From a virus (Duplodnaviria > Caudoviricetes): 64,000 nt of DNA. The number at the start of each line of letters is the position of its first letter. Positions within the stretch are counted from its first letter, which is position 1. A program made the translations under genes and the position numbers. Positions 54,573-63,248 of this stretch are shown one piece after another. The notes beneath the pieces are model-generated. The model did no database searches. It was not told where the DNA came from and saw only the letters and a list, made by a program, of their open reading frames with translations. The DNA is taken from the IMG/VR virus record IMGVR_UViG_3300042268_000564, one strand, 5' to 3'.

Positions 54573-54800
54573 ATGAAAACATTTGTATCTCAAACTACTG
54601 GCGGAGTTGCCGTTATCGCCTCTAAGAATGAAAAGACTGCGGCAAAAGCTTTGGATATCCCTGAGCATCAGTTTTTTTGGACAGAAACAACTGACCCGAC
54701 ATTGATTAATCTTGCAAAAAAGGATGAGGTTACTGTGGTTACTGCTGAGGCAGACGCTAAAGCGTCGAAGCAGGAGAAAAAGAAAACATCGGCAGCTTGA
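54573..54800 (+). CDS. Hypothetical protein
   Basis: 75 aa, GGAG RBS. Confidence 0.6.
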   Translation: MKTFVSQTTGGVAVIASKNEKTAAKALDIPEHQFFWTETTDPTLINLAKKDEVTVVTAEADAKASKQEKKKTSAA

Positions 54801-54824
54801 CATTGAATAAGCTTGCAATATAAT
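54797..54824 (+). promoter_or_regulatory. Promoter TTGACA-N16-TATAAT
   Basis: Perfect hexamers. Confidence 0.8.
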
Positions 54825-54832
54825 GCTTAATC

Positions 54833-55513
54833 ATGAGCATAGAAAAATTAAAATTTCTTCTTGAAAGTAATCCAAACATTCCTTCTCATACATCAGATAT
54901 AACATCGAATTATGAGACATTAATCTGGTATGATTGCCCGATTCTTTTTATGGGCACTAATGCCTATGATGATTGGATGGTAGGTTTGTCTATTGACGAA
55001 GACGATAAGGCACAGCAAGAGTATTATTTGCATACTTTTGTGACAAGTGAGCAATTGAAACAATTCTTGTCAGGCAAAATATCTTGTTTGACATTAATGC
55101 AAATATCTCGTGTGTATCTAATACAAAAAGATTACAAAAAGTTGGCACCGACTCAAGCCTGTTTGCTTGGTTTCAATGACATTCCTGAAGCTTATAGACC
55201 ATTGCCTGATTCGATTTTGGATGGGGATTATAGGCAACATGGGAAGCGATTAATTAACAAGATAGAAAAGCTGGAAGCTACATATGAGCATCAGGAAAAG
55301 TTAAAGCAAGCAAATCAAATTGGTAACATTCTTATTGCTAAAGGTTTCTCCTCTGACAAGATTAATCCTCTTTATATTTATTGGCTCAATGAAAAGCGGT
55401 TCGATATTAGATTGCATTTTAATCTTGACACGATTAAATATGACGAAGAAACAATAAATAAAACAGTAGAGCTTTGGAGACGATGTAATGAGCTATGCAA
55501 ATCCCATCATTAG
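54833..55513 (+). CDS. Hypothetical protein
   Basis: 226 aa; LIWYDCPILF, IPEAYRP. Confidence 0.7.
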   Translation: MSIEKLKFLLESNPNIPSHTSDITSNYETLIWYDCPILFMGTNAYDDWMVGLSIDEDDKAQQEYYLHTFVTSEQLKQFLSGKISCLTLMQISRVYLIQKDYKKLAPTQACLLGFNDIPEAYRPLPDSILDGDYRQHGKRLINKIEKLEATYEHQEKLKQANQIGNILIAKGFSSDKINPLYIYWLNEKRFDIRLHFNLDTIKYDEETINKTVELWRRCNELCKSHH

Positions 55514-55688
55514 AGACAACTTAATGACTCTACAGGGCTACTCGCCTTATTGCGGGAACTGGCAGTGCAAGAGGGTTCCAAAAACGCTTTTTGATGGAGA
55601 GCAGTTTTATTGTCCATGTTGCAAGTGGCGCAGCTCTTTCCCTGCCGATTTTATTAAGGAATATAAAGAGAAGTGGGGAATCAAGTGA
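55488..55688 (+). CDS. Small Zn-ribbon protein
   Basis: YSPYCG...FDGEQFYCPCCKW. Confidence 0.65.
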   Translation: MSYANPIIRDNLMTLQGYSPYCGNWQCKRVPKTLFDGEQFYCPCCKWRSSFPADFIKEYKEKWGIK

Positions 55689-56032
55689 TGCAAAGATATG
55701 AAAAGACTCGGTTCATAAATAATCCAATTACCGTGCGTTGCGCAGGCTGCAATGACGAGCTTGAATTTGTTCTGGATGTGTCGAGGCACCAGTATTATGC
55801 TCTTCCTTGCCGATGTATCGAAGCGTGTATGGAAACGGAAGAATATAAAAAACATGGCTGGGGTAGCAACGTTAAAGACTATAAAGAATATGCAGAAAGA
55901 ACGCAAAAAGAAGACGCTCAGAGAGAAGTGGAAACACTGGAAGCTATCACTAACAAAATTACTGAGAAAGTAACAAAGGCTCATAAAAAATACCTCACAG
56001 ACGAAATAAATAAACCTGTTGACAATGGGTAG
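55688..56032 (+). CDS. Hypothetical protein
   Basis: TGATG-coupled; CAGC..PCRC. Confidence 0.6.
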   Translation: MQRYEKTRFINNPITVRCAGCNDELEFVLDVSRHQYYALPCRCIEACMETEEYKKHGWGSNVKDYKEYAERTQKEDAQREVETLEAITNKITEKVTKAHKKYLTDEINKPVDNG

Positions 56033-56046
56033 CTGTCGCTTATAAT
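56019..56046 (+). promoter_or_regulatory. Promoter TTGACA-N16-TATAAT (leaderless start at 56053)
   Basis: Perfect hexamers; ATG 6 nt downstream. Confidence 0.8.
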
Positions 56047-56052
56047 AAAACT

Positions 56053-56733
56053 ATGCCTAAAACTTACAAAATTATTTATGACGAACAAGAATTGCAAAAG
56101 TTTGTAGAATGGCTTCCTGAGCTTAAGAAGCATGAGACGTATTATGTTTCTTTGCTTGCTCGTAGGAAATATTGCAAAGCTCTTTCTGAGGACAAAATAA
56201 TTGTTAAGCGATTCACGTCTGAAAAGACAAGGTTGATTGACAAGATTCGTCACCTTGAAGCGGTGTATGGATGCTATCTTGATGGGAAGCGCAATCCTAT
56301 CCCACAAGAGGCACTTGCACTGTATATTTCTGTAAATCCAAGAAACTTGGAAGCTGCTGCACTGGAGTCTGCAAAATTACTCTTAGACAAGGTGACAAAA
56401 CCCTATACAAATTACATCCCACACAAGATTGTATTGTCCACAATTCAAAAGACAAGAGGGACAAGGTATTTTGTGGATATTGACTTCGATGATGGCGAGA
56501 TTGAAACAGAAAAGCTTATAAAACTTATATCTGATTACCTTGACCAGTCCACTTTTAATATTTTGAAAACTCGTGGTGGATATCATATTCTTGTTAGAGT
56601 TAAAGAAGCTGCAAAAAAAAATAAAATGTGGTTCAAAGAGTTGCAAAAAGAGGTGGACTTTGACATGAAAGGTGATAACCTCATTCCTGTGCCCGGATGT
56701 TGTCAGGGCAGTTTTTCGCCGATTCTTTATTAA
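56053..56733 (+). CDS. Possible AEP-superfamily (primase/polymerase-like) protein
   Basis: FVDIDFD (motif I-like) and KTRGGYHIL (motif II-like). Confidence 0.45.
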   Translation: MPKTYKIIYDEQELQKFVEWLPELKKHETYYVSLLARRKYCKALSEDKIIVKRFTSEKTRLIDKIRHLEAVYGCYLDGKRNPIPQEALALYISVNPRNLEAAALESAKLLLDKVTKPYTNYIPHKIVLSTIQKTRGTRYFVDIDFDDGEIETEKLIKLISDYLDQSTFNILKTRGGYHILVRVKEAAKKNKMWFKELQKEVDFDMKGDNLIPVPGCCQGSFSPILY

Positions 56734-56744
56734 AGGAAATAGTA

Positions 56745-57341
56745 ATGGAAATTGAGAATAAACAGGGTAGACGATTCTTTGATGCGTCAACCGATGCAGA
56801 AATAGAATTTTCTCAGATAAAGCCAGAGACTCGGATTTATTACAGAGAGCCAAGCCATTGTGGATTTTGTGCACCTGATGTTGATTGCCCCGGAATCATG
56901 ACCTCGCCAACTTATAATGTATCGCAGGTTGGTCAAGATAAGGTTGAGGTAAAAGCTACCAGTGACGAGCCTTATTGGAATTGTTCTCTTGTGGATGATG
57001 AGCCAGACATTAAAGATGCTGTAAAGCCAATAAAAAAGGTTCCTGTAGAATGGGTAAGTGAGCCTTTAAGTGAGTTCACCAGCAAGTTCAGAGCAGCGAT
57101 TGTGATGATTAATGATGCAGACAAGCTCGTGGAGTGTCGTATCAACATAAATGACAGCGAACTACTTGGCTGGATTCCATTTGAGGCTTTTGAAAAAAGC
57201 AAGGTGCCAATTAAGGGAGGACAACAGTTCTATCTTTATGGACAACTAAGTGAGACCAAGCTGGTTTCTTGGATGGAGGCTTATATGCCACCAATGACTC
57301 CAAAGAAACAAAAACTTTTGGATGAGATAAATAAGTTATGA
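56745..57341 (+). CDS. Hypothetical protein
   Basis: AAGGA RBS. Confidence 0.65.
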   Translation: MEIENKQGRRFFDASTDAEIEFSQIKPETRIYYREPSHCGFCAPDVDCPGIMTSPTYNVSQVGQDKVEVKATSDEPYWNCSLVDDEPDIKDAVKPIKKVPVEWVSEPLSEFTSKFRAAIVMINDADKLVECRININDSELLGWIPFEAFEKSKVPIKGGQQFYLYGQLSETKLVSWMEAYMPPMTPKKQKLLDEINKL

Positions 57342-57523
57342 AAAAATTCTGGACAACTTTAAGCACATTGCTTGTCGTGGCACTTATTGTGTCAATGAGT
57401 GTTTATTCGTGGAATAATCCAACTTTAACTCATATGCAAGTATTTCAAACCTTTTTCCTGCCGTGGCTTGGCATATTAAGCCTTGCGACAGTAGTTGGTT
57501 ATTTTTATAGGGATGATAAATGA
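57338..57523 (+). CDS. Small two-TM membrane protein
   Basis: ATGA-coupled; two hydrophobic helices. Confidence 0.65.
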   Translation: MKKFWTTLSTLLVVALIVSMSVYSWNNPTLTHMQVFQTFFLPWLGILSLATVVGYFYRDDK

Positions 57524-57876
57524 CGACTTATCGCTTGCGCACAAAAGATAATGATTTGCAAGATGCTATTAAAGCTCTTAAAGCCTCTTTCACTGCAACA
57601 GTCAAACAAGCCATGAGAGCGAAAGGCATTAGAGCCTCTAAGCTTGCTGACGATATGGGGATTACAAGAGCTTATGTTTCTAAAATTCTTAAAGGCGAAA
57701 CGAATATAACATTGGAAACAATGGATAGGTTTGCCAAAGCATTAGGTTTCAAGTGGACGTTAAAGCTTTCAAACAAAAAAGAAATAAATCCATATTCCGA
57801 TTCATTTGTTAATAAATCGCTTAAGAACGTAACTCTTACGGACATATCTGACAGTGATATTGTTGTGTGTGGATAA
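57520..57876 (+). CDS. XRE-family HTH transcriptional regulator
   Basis: KLADDMGITRAYVSKILKGETNITLETMDRFAKALG. Confidence 0.88.
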   Translation: MTTYRLRTKDNDLQDAIKALKASFTATVKQAMRAKGIRASKLADDMGITRAYVSKILKGETNITLETMDRFAKALGFKWTLKLSNKKEINPYSDSFVNKSLKNVTLTDISDSDIVVCG

Positions 57877-58049
57877 AATGGGAAGAAATGTAATACTAAA
57901 ACAAAAATGTTTTATCTACAGGATTAGCGAATGTTGGCGATGTGGCAGATGGATGGAGTCAGGCGAACGTCATTATGCCGCAGACATAAAGTATGATTTA
58001 AGAAAAATTGAAATTGCAATTTGCAACGATTGTGCGGGAGTATTAAAGG

Positions 58050-58583
58050 GTGAAGTTCCAAGTTAAAGAAAAAGAATCTTACAAATTAATGCGGGACTAT
58101 TTTTTTCCAGTTGATTTTTTTAATTTCCTGAAAAAGCTTGCCAAAAATTATGGCGCAAATGTTCGGTTTGCTGAGTTTGACAATAATTACAGCGGCTCTT
58201 ATAATTGGCGACATAAACTGATTAAGATTTATCGATATGATAAAGAGTCGAATTTTATGCCAACTGAATATGTTTTCAGGATTTTCTTTCACGAGCTGGC
58301 ACATCATATTCAAAGACGAAAACGTTTAAAATTTCGTTCTGTAGAAGAATATCTATTGTTTGAACAAGAAGCTTGCGACATAGGCTTTGAATTGGCTAAG
58401 AAACATGCCCCAACTATTCCTGTAAAAAAAGAAGTTTATATTGACGGCTTTTCGTCTATCAAAGACTTGGAAATGTTCGCACAACACTATAAACTCGAAC
58501 ACAAACGCAGTACGCTGGACGCCTACAAGCGTTTTGAGCAGGGAACATTACACCCCAAGATTTATGGCAAGGAATCTTGTTGA
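58050..58583 (+). CDS. HExxH metallopeptidase-like protein (ImmA/IrrE-like)
   Basis: GSYN...IKI, FFHELAHHIQ, EQEA. Confidence 0.6.
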   Translation: MKFQVKEKESYKLMRDYFFPVDFFNFLKKLAKNYGANVRFAEFDNNYSGSYNWRHKLIKIYRYDKESNFMPTEYVFRIFFHELAHHIQRRKRLKFRSVEEYLLFEQEACDIGFELAKKHAPTIPVKKEVYIDGFSSIKDLEMFAQHYKLEHKRSTLDAYKRFEQGTLHPKIYGKESC

Positions 58584-58607
58584 CAGTTACCTTGCTCTGT
58601 TTATAAT
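58580..58607 (+). promoter_or_regulatory. Promoter TTGACA-N16-TATAAT
   Basis: Perfect hexamers. Confidence 0.8.
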
Positions 58608-58667
58608 GTAAAAATGAGTAAAACAAGTTTAACCTCTTAAAATGTAATTGCAGTATTAGATGCTGTA

Positions 58668-58892
58668 ATGAAAAATTATATAAAGACAAAGGGTGATTTT
58701 GGCGAATACGAGTATTGTGTGTTTTGTGGTGCCCATTTGGAACTTGTGACGGTTTCAGAGGTTGGAAAAGAGAATACATTTGAAGCAATTTTAAGCCATG
58801 AACCCCACTGTGTTGTGCCGATTGTAAGAGTTATGTGCGAAGAAATTAAAGTCAATAAAGAAATGGATGAATTAGAAAAGATATTTTGTTGA
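58668..58892 (+). CDS. Small Cys/His module protein
   Basis: CVFCG...HEPHCVV, shared with the downstream family. Confidence 0.65.
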   Translation: MKNYIKTKGDFGEYEYCVFCGAHLELVTVSEVGKENTFEAILSHEPHCVVPIVRVMCEEIKVNKEMDELEKIFC

Positions 58893-58916
58893 CAATGCTC
58901 GCCAAACTTTTATAAT
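58889..58916 (+). promoter_or_regulatory. Promoter TTGACA-N16-TATAAT (leaderless start at 58923)
   Basis: Perfect hexamers; ATG 6 nt downstream. Confidence 0.8.
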
Positions 58917-58922
58917 AAAAAC

Positions 58923-59453
58923 ATGAAAGTGAAAGAAATCAAAATTCAAGACTATACTGGCGAGGCAATAATGCCTGTTGAAAAAAAGAATCTTGGCGCA
59001 AAGCAACGAGCTATTATTCTGCATTTGGAAAACTGTGAAGCCTGCCCTTATGTAAAGACAGAAAGAACAAAAGGAGCTGGTTATGCCATTGATTACTTTT
59101 GCACAAGAATGGACGGAAAGCCAGTTAGTGTGTATATGGAAATTCCTAGTGATATGAAGCCAGTTCCTGACTGGTGCCCGATAGCTCTTAACACCACTGA
59201 AGATACAATGTTAGCCCTTAATGCGAAAGAAGCGCAGCAATTGGCTGAAGCCGTGCTTAAAATGGATTGCCATAACGAACATCTATATACAGGTGAACGT
59301 AGCTGTAAGCTATGTGGTGCAAAAGAAGATGAAAAGCGAGAGATAAAACATTTGCCTACTTGTGCCATTATGACAGCCCACAAAATGGTTCATGATGTCT
59401 CTTTGCGCTGCGACAAGACCAAGCTTGATGATAAAGTGATTGATATGTTATGA
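58923..59453 (+). CDS. Cys-rich paralog family protein ending VIDML
   Basis: CEACPY..YFC..VPDWCP plus CKLC..HLPTCAI. Confidence 0.75.
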   Translation: MKVKEIKIQDYTGEAIMPVEKKNLGAKQRAIILHLENCEACPYVKTERTKGAGYAIDYFCTRMDGKPVSVYMEIPSDMKPVPDWCPIALNTTEDTMLALNAKEAQQLAEAVLKMDCHNEHLYTGERSCKLCGAKEDEKREIKHLPTCAIMTAHKMVHDVSLRCDKTKLDDKVIDML

Positions 59454-59983
59454 GAACGAAAACAATTGTCATGCTGTCGGTTATTGATAAATGCGTGGAG
59501 TGCCCTTATTCATATTGTCCGCAGCAACTTTTTGGTGATGATGCCAAGCAAGAAGGCTTTCCTCTATATTGTCGATGTACAAAAAATCTGCTTGATGGGC
59601 AAAATGCACGATTGGTAGGGGCTTATACCCCGCAACATCCCGTAGAACAAATAAAAGTCCCTGAATGGTGTGATGCAAGTCTTGATATTGACGTTCTTAA
59701 CAAATTCGCAGAACCGATTGATAAAATTGCGATTGAAATGTCCGAATCCTTACTGCGACGAGAAAACGAGTTGTTAGAACAAGCTGTAGCAAGAACGAAA
59801 ACAAGCGAGAAGCTTTATGGCTTTAAGTGCCTGATTTGTGGTAAATTTGAGCCTGAAGATGGTTTTGACATATTTAAACATAAGGATACATGTCCTATTG
59901 TTGCTGCCAGAGCACTTTTAAAAAGACGGGATAGCCAGCAAAGAATTGTTGACGCTTTCCAGATGCATATAGATTTATTGTAG
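59450..59983 (+). CDS. Cys-rich paralog family protein ending HIDLL
   Basis: CVECPY..YC..VPEWC plus CLIC..HKDTCPI. Confidence 0.75.
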   Translation: MRTKTIVMLSVIDKCVECPYSYCPQQLFGDDAKQEGFPLYCRCTKNLLDGQNARLVGAYTPQHPVEQIKVPEWCDASLDIDVLNKFAEPIDKIAIEMSESLLRRENELLEQAVARTKTSEKLYGFKCLICGKFEPEDGFDIFKHKDTCPIVAARALLKRRDSQQRIVDAFQMHIDLL

Positions 59984-59988
59984 GAGTA

Positions 59989-60231
59989 ATGATGAAAAAG
60001 CTTTTTAACAAAAAGGATATTCTTAAATTCCAGAAACGTGAACGAACTGCAATTGTGGAAATCGACCTCGAACATGATATGCTGCAATTTTTTGAAGAAA
60101 AAGCTGCCGAGATGGCTGAGATGGCAGAGGTAGACCCTGCTACTATTTCTGCTGGTGACGCAGTGGCTTATATGCTTACCCAAATGTATGAGCAAGGTAT
60201 GTTTAAGGAATTGGAAGAAAGAATCAAATGA
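59989..60231 (+). CDS. Hypothetical protein
   Basis: AGGAG RBS. Confidence 0.65.
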   Translation: MMKKLFNKKDILKFQKRERTAIVEIDLEHDMLQFFEEKAAEMAEMAEVDPATISAGDAVAYMLTQMYEQGMFKELEERIK

Positions 60232-60755
60232 ACAGCTTTCACAGGGTAATGGTGCCTAAGATTATGTCTACATTGGCACAATATCAGCCGATGTCTTTCA
60301 ATGATTTATCAAATAAGATAAGCTCTGATTTGTCAGTGCCAAAAAGATATGAATTGCTCAGTCTTGTAAATAGAATGGTCGAGTCCGATTTATTGCTAAT
60401 GAAGGGTGGCATGTTATCATTGCCAATGGATGTAGCCGAATCATTGCCGCAGAAACAGCCTGTAAAAACAAACCTTGAAAACAAAACAAAACAAGAATTA
60501 CTTGAACTGGTGTCAACTTTAGCGCAAATTATTCTCGACAATCGTGGCGAACCTTGTGAAATCCAAAACGATGAAGGCAACTATGTTCCAGCCGAGAAAT
60601 GTTTATTTTGTAAGCGAGTGATAGTGACGGCTTTAAATAAGGGTGAGAAAGCGAGTTGTCATGCGCCGAATTGTCCTGTGACTTTTGCAAGGACATTGAT
60701 GGATACAAGTGGCGAGCTTTCAAAAGGGGAAAAGAAGGTGGTGGACATGTTATGA
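60228..60755 (+). CDS. Winged-helix-like plus Cys/His module protein ending VVDML
   Basis: CLFC..HAPNCPV. Confidence 0.7.
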   Translation: MNSFHRVMVPKIMSTLAQYQPMSFNDLSNKISSDLSVPKRYELLSLVNRMVESDLLLMKGGMLSLPMDVAESLPQKQPVKTNLENKTKQELLELVSTLAQIILDNRGEPCEIQNDEGNYVPAEKCLFCKRVIVTALNKGEKASCHAPNCPVTFARTLMDTSGELSKGEKKVVDML

Positions 60756-61174
60756 GTAAAGATTCAGATTTTTGGCTATTTTGTTTGAAAGCTTTACTTT
60801 TTTTTGTTTTTTGTGGCGTTGTAGTCAGTGTTTTACGTATATTAGGGATTTTGCCACCTCTTCCAATGTTACAGTCCAGCACCGCCAGTAATCCGCAGCC
60901 AATGCAAACCGCACCTATACAGCCTTATGAACATGTTTATGATATTGTAATCAAAGAAAAATTTATTGTATGCACTGACAAAATTAATTATGGCTTCAGG
61001 TATTGGAACAAAACAAACCAAGAGCACTACATGTCATGGACAACAGAACTAGAGAATAGCTGTTTTCTTAAATTTGATGTGGGAGAGCCGCTTATTTTCT
61101 ACGAAAAATTTGACGGCACAAATTACGATAATAAAGTAGTAAAGGCTTCAGAATGGAAGGCAGAACAAAATTAA
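60752..61174 (+). CDS. Membrane-anchored hypothetical protein
   Basis: N-terminal TM helix, ATGA-coupled. Confidence 0.65.
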   Translation: MSKDSDFWLFCLKALLFFVFCGVVVSVLRILGILPPLPMLQSSTASNPQPMQTAPIQPYEHVYDIVIKEKFIVCTDKINYGFRYWNKTNQEHYMSWTTELENSCFLKFDVGEPLIFYEKFDGTNYDNKVVKASEWKAEQN

Positions 61175-61355
61175 TCAACAGACATCAGATGATAGTTCTC
61201 TACGAGAGCACCTTGTAAAATTTGCTCGGCTTGTGATTGGTTGACGGGAATAGCGTCAATTATCTTTTCAACAGTAGGTTTTGTTAAAAAGACTTTTTCA
61301 ATGAGACCTTTATGATAGATAATCCAAATTTTGTTCATATTCATATAATAACTTT

Positions 61356-61802
61356 ATGGCGAATCATTTAATTTTAAAAATAGAAACTTGTCTCGATTGC
61401 CCAAGGGCTGTAGGTGCCCCTGATGGTGCTTGGACATGCACTGACGTTAACAAGCTCATCGGCAGAACGCACGAGCTTAAAGGGCAAAAAACTTTGCCTG
61501 CATTTTGCCCTCTCACTGTTCGTTTTATAGGCACAAAGGAAACAATAGATGCCATCCGAACAACAGCTCTACTTAAAAATAAATTAGAACGTTTAAGCAC
61601 CTTTGTCAAAGCTTTTGATTGTTTTGTAAGAATTACAGGAGGCAAGGTAGTTTGTGATGTGTGCAAAGCCTCAGCCAAAACTGCAAGTGCAATAAAACAT
61701 GCAGAAATTTGTCCAATATCAATTGCGAATGGCGTTCTTGCCGACAAAGAAGCTGCCACATTGGAAGACGCTCTGATAGAAAAGATAGTGGAGATGTTGT
61801 AA
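61356..61802 (+). CDS. Cys-rich paralog family protein ending IVEML
   Basis: CLDCP..WTC..LPAFCP plus CDVC..HAEICPI; TATAAT 6 nt upstream of ATG. Confidence 0.75.
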   Translation: MANHLILKIETCLDCPRAVGAPDGAWTCTDVNKLIGRTHELKGQKTLPAFCPLTVRFIGTKETIDAIRTTALLKNKLERLSTFVKAFDCFVRITGGKVVCDVCKASAKTASAIKHAEICPISIANGVLADKEAATLEDALIEKIVEML

Positions 61803-61933
61803 ATCAGAGGCTTCAAAATAGCCTGATTAAAGGATTGTTTCTTTTTAAGAAAAATCCTGATTTGAGAGTTTTCTAAAAAAAACTCTGATGCAATCTTATA
61901 AACCTTAAAAAAAGCGGGACTAAATATTTCAAG

Positions 61934-61961
61934 TTGACAATGTTTGCTATTTGTCTATAAT
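61934..61961 (+). promoter_or_regulatory. Promoter TTGACA-N16-TATAAT
   Basis: Perfect hexamers. Confidence 0.8.
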
Positions 61962-61983
61962 AACCTTAGAAAGAGGTAAAATT

Positions 61984-62106
61984 ATGGACATCATGTGGTT
62001 GATGGTTACTTTATCGTCAATGGTTCAGGTAGTATGCTTCTCTATGGCAATATACTACGCCGTAAAACTGTATGAAACAGCGAAAAGCGTATGGAAGGCA
62101 CTGTAA
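61984..62106 (+). CDS. 40-aa hydrophobic peptide
   Basis: Hand translation MDIMWLMVTLSS...VWKAL; GAGGT RBS; abuts the next ATG. Confidence 0.5.
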   Translation: MDIMWLMVTLSSMVQVVCFSMAIYYAVKLYETAKSVWKAL

Positions 62107-62667
62107 ATGAATAAAGCTAGTGTAGCACACCTGATAAAAGAGCTTGATGGACTGTCGATTAATGGAAAAATATTTTTCTTTGCTTTGGGCTGGTCGATAT
62201 ATTCTAATCCTAAATTTATTATATTGCCACCCAGCATGGAGACAAACGCAAGCGAAATAATAAATCATATCAGCCATGACATGGTTAGATTGCTTTCTGT
62301 TAAGCTGAAGTGGCTTTACAGGCAATATAAGAATGGTTTTAAACAATGGTGGGAAATCATGGAGGCTGAAAGCAAAATAAGCCCCAGAGAATACTGGCGA
62401 CGCAGATACTTCAACTGGCTCCTTTTGTCTGACCAGATGATGGACGCACGTCCCTTCAGAGAAGGGTTCATGCTTAGAGCTTTTTTGGAACGACGGGATT
62501 GTAATGCAAGTTGCGAGATAAGCGTTCATGATTCTACATTTGAAGAAATTAATACGGCAGATGTTCGTATAGCGATTACACCACTTACGATTGTTATGAG
62601 AGAATTGATTTATGATTTAAGTTTCCCTTTGGAAAAAGAAAATTTCCCAGGAGTAGATTTGCTATGA
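62107..62667 (+). CDS. Hypothetical protein ending GVDLL
   Basis: 186 aa. Confidence 0.7.
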   Translation: MNKASVAHLIKELDGLSINGKIFFFALGWSIYSNPKFIILPPSMETNASEIINHISHDMVRLLSVKLKWLYRQYKNGFKQWWEIMEAESKISPREYWRRRYFNWLLLSDQMMDARPFREGFMLRAFLERRDCNASCEISVHDSTFEEINTADVRIAITPLTIVMRELIYDLSFPLEKENFPGVDLL

Positions 62668-63218
62668 AAACTATCAATTTATGCGGTGAAGCAAATTGGA
62701 AGTGCTACGTGGCAGCTTGCCATGCAGCTTATGCAATGGTGCCTAGAGAGTTGCGATTAAAGCTCAAAAACGATGGCGAAGCAGGTGGCACAACTGGCAA
62801 TCTGTATGACAAGGCATTTAGAGCAATGAAGCCTGATGATATCCTTCATTACCTTGCCATAATAAATAAACAAGAAAAAGAATGGTGCAGATTATGGGGA
62901 CTGACTCTACCGTTTTCAGAGCCATACTGGTTCAAAAATGCCTTTATAAACTGGTCGTTTATGGCACCGGACGTAGTAAACATATTTGCTTCAATTAAAA
63001 CCATCCAAGAAGCTTATATTTTCTTGAAAAATCACACCTACGAAGAGTTAACAACAGCTCTCGATGGATATGCTAATGGCGAACCACAAACAAAGCACAA
63101 ACTACTCATGATGCTTATGGATTGCCTCTTATGTTCGCCTGAGCACAAGACAAGGGCATTACAAGGAAATATGTCGCCGAATTTTTTTGAGTTGGAAAGA
63201 GTTCATCTTTTGATTTGA
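62664..63218 (+). CDS. Hypothetical protein ending RVHLLI
   Basis: 184 aa, AGGAG RBS, ATGA-coupled. Confidence 0.7.
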   Translation: MKTINLCGEANWKCYVAACHAAYAMVPRELRLKLKNDGEAGGTTGNLYDKAFRAMKPDDILHYLAIINKQEKEWCRLWGLTLPFSEPYWFKNAFINWSFMAPDVVNIFASIKTIQEAYIFLKNHTYEELTTALDGYANGEPQTKHKLLMMLMDCLLCSPEHKTRALQGNMSPNFFELERVHLLI

Positions 63219-63242
63219 CATTGTCCATGTAACTTTTACAAT
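63215..63242 (+). promoter_or_regulatory. Promoter TTGACA-N16-TACAAT (leaderless start at 63249)
   Basis: Hexamers read directly; ATG 6 nt downstream. Confidence 0.75.
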
Positions 63243-63248
63243 AAACTT

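Noticed and set aside
57520-58583. XRE regulator plus HExxH protein as an ImmR/ImmA lysogeny switch
   Set aside because: Not adjacent, no divergent promoter arrangement and no integrase nearby.
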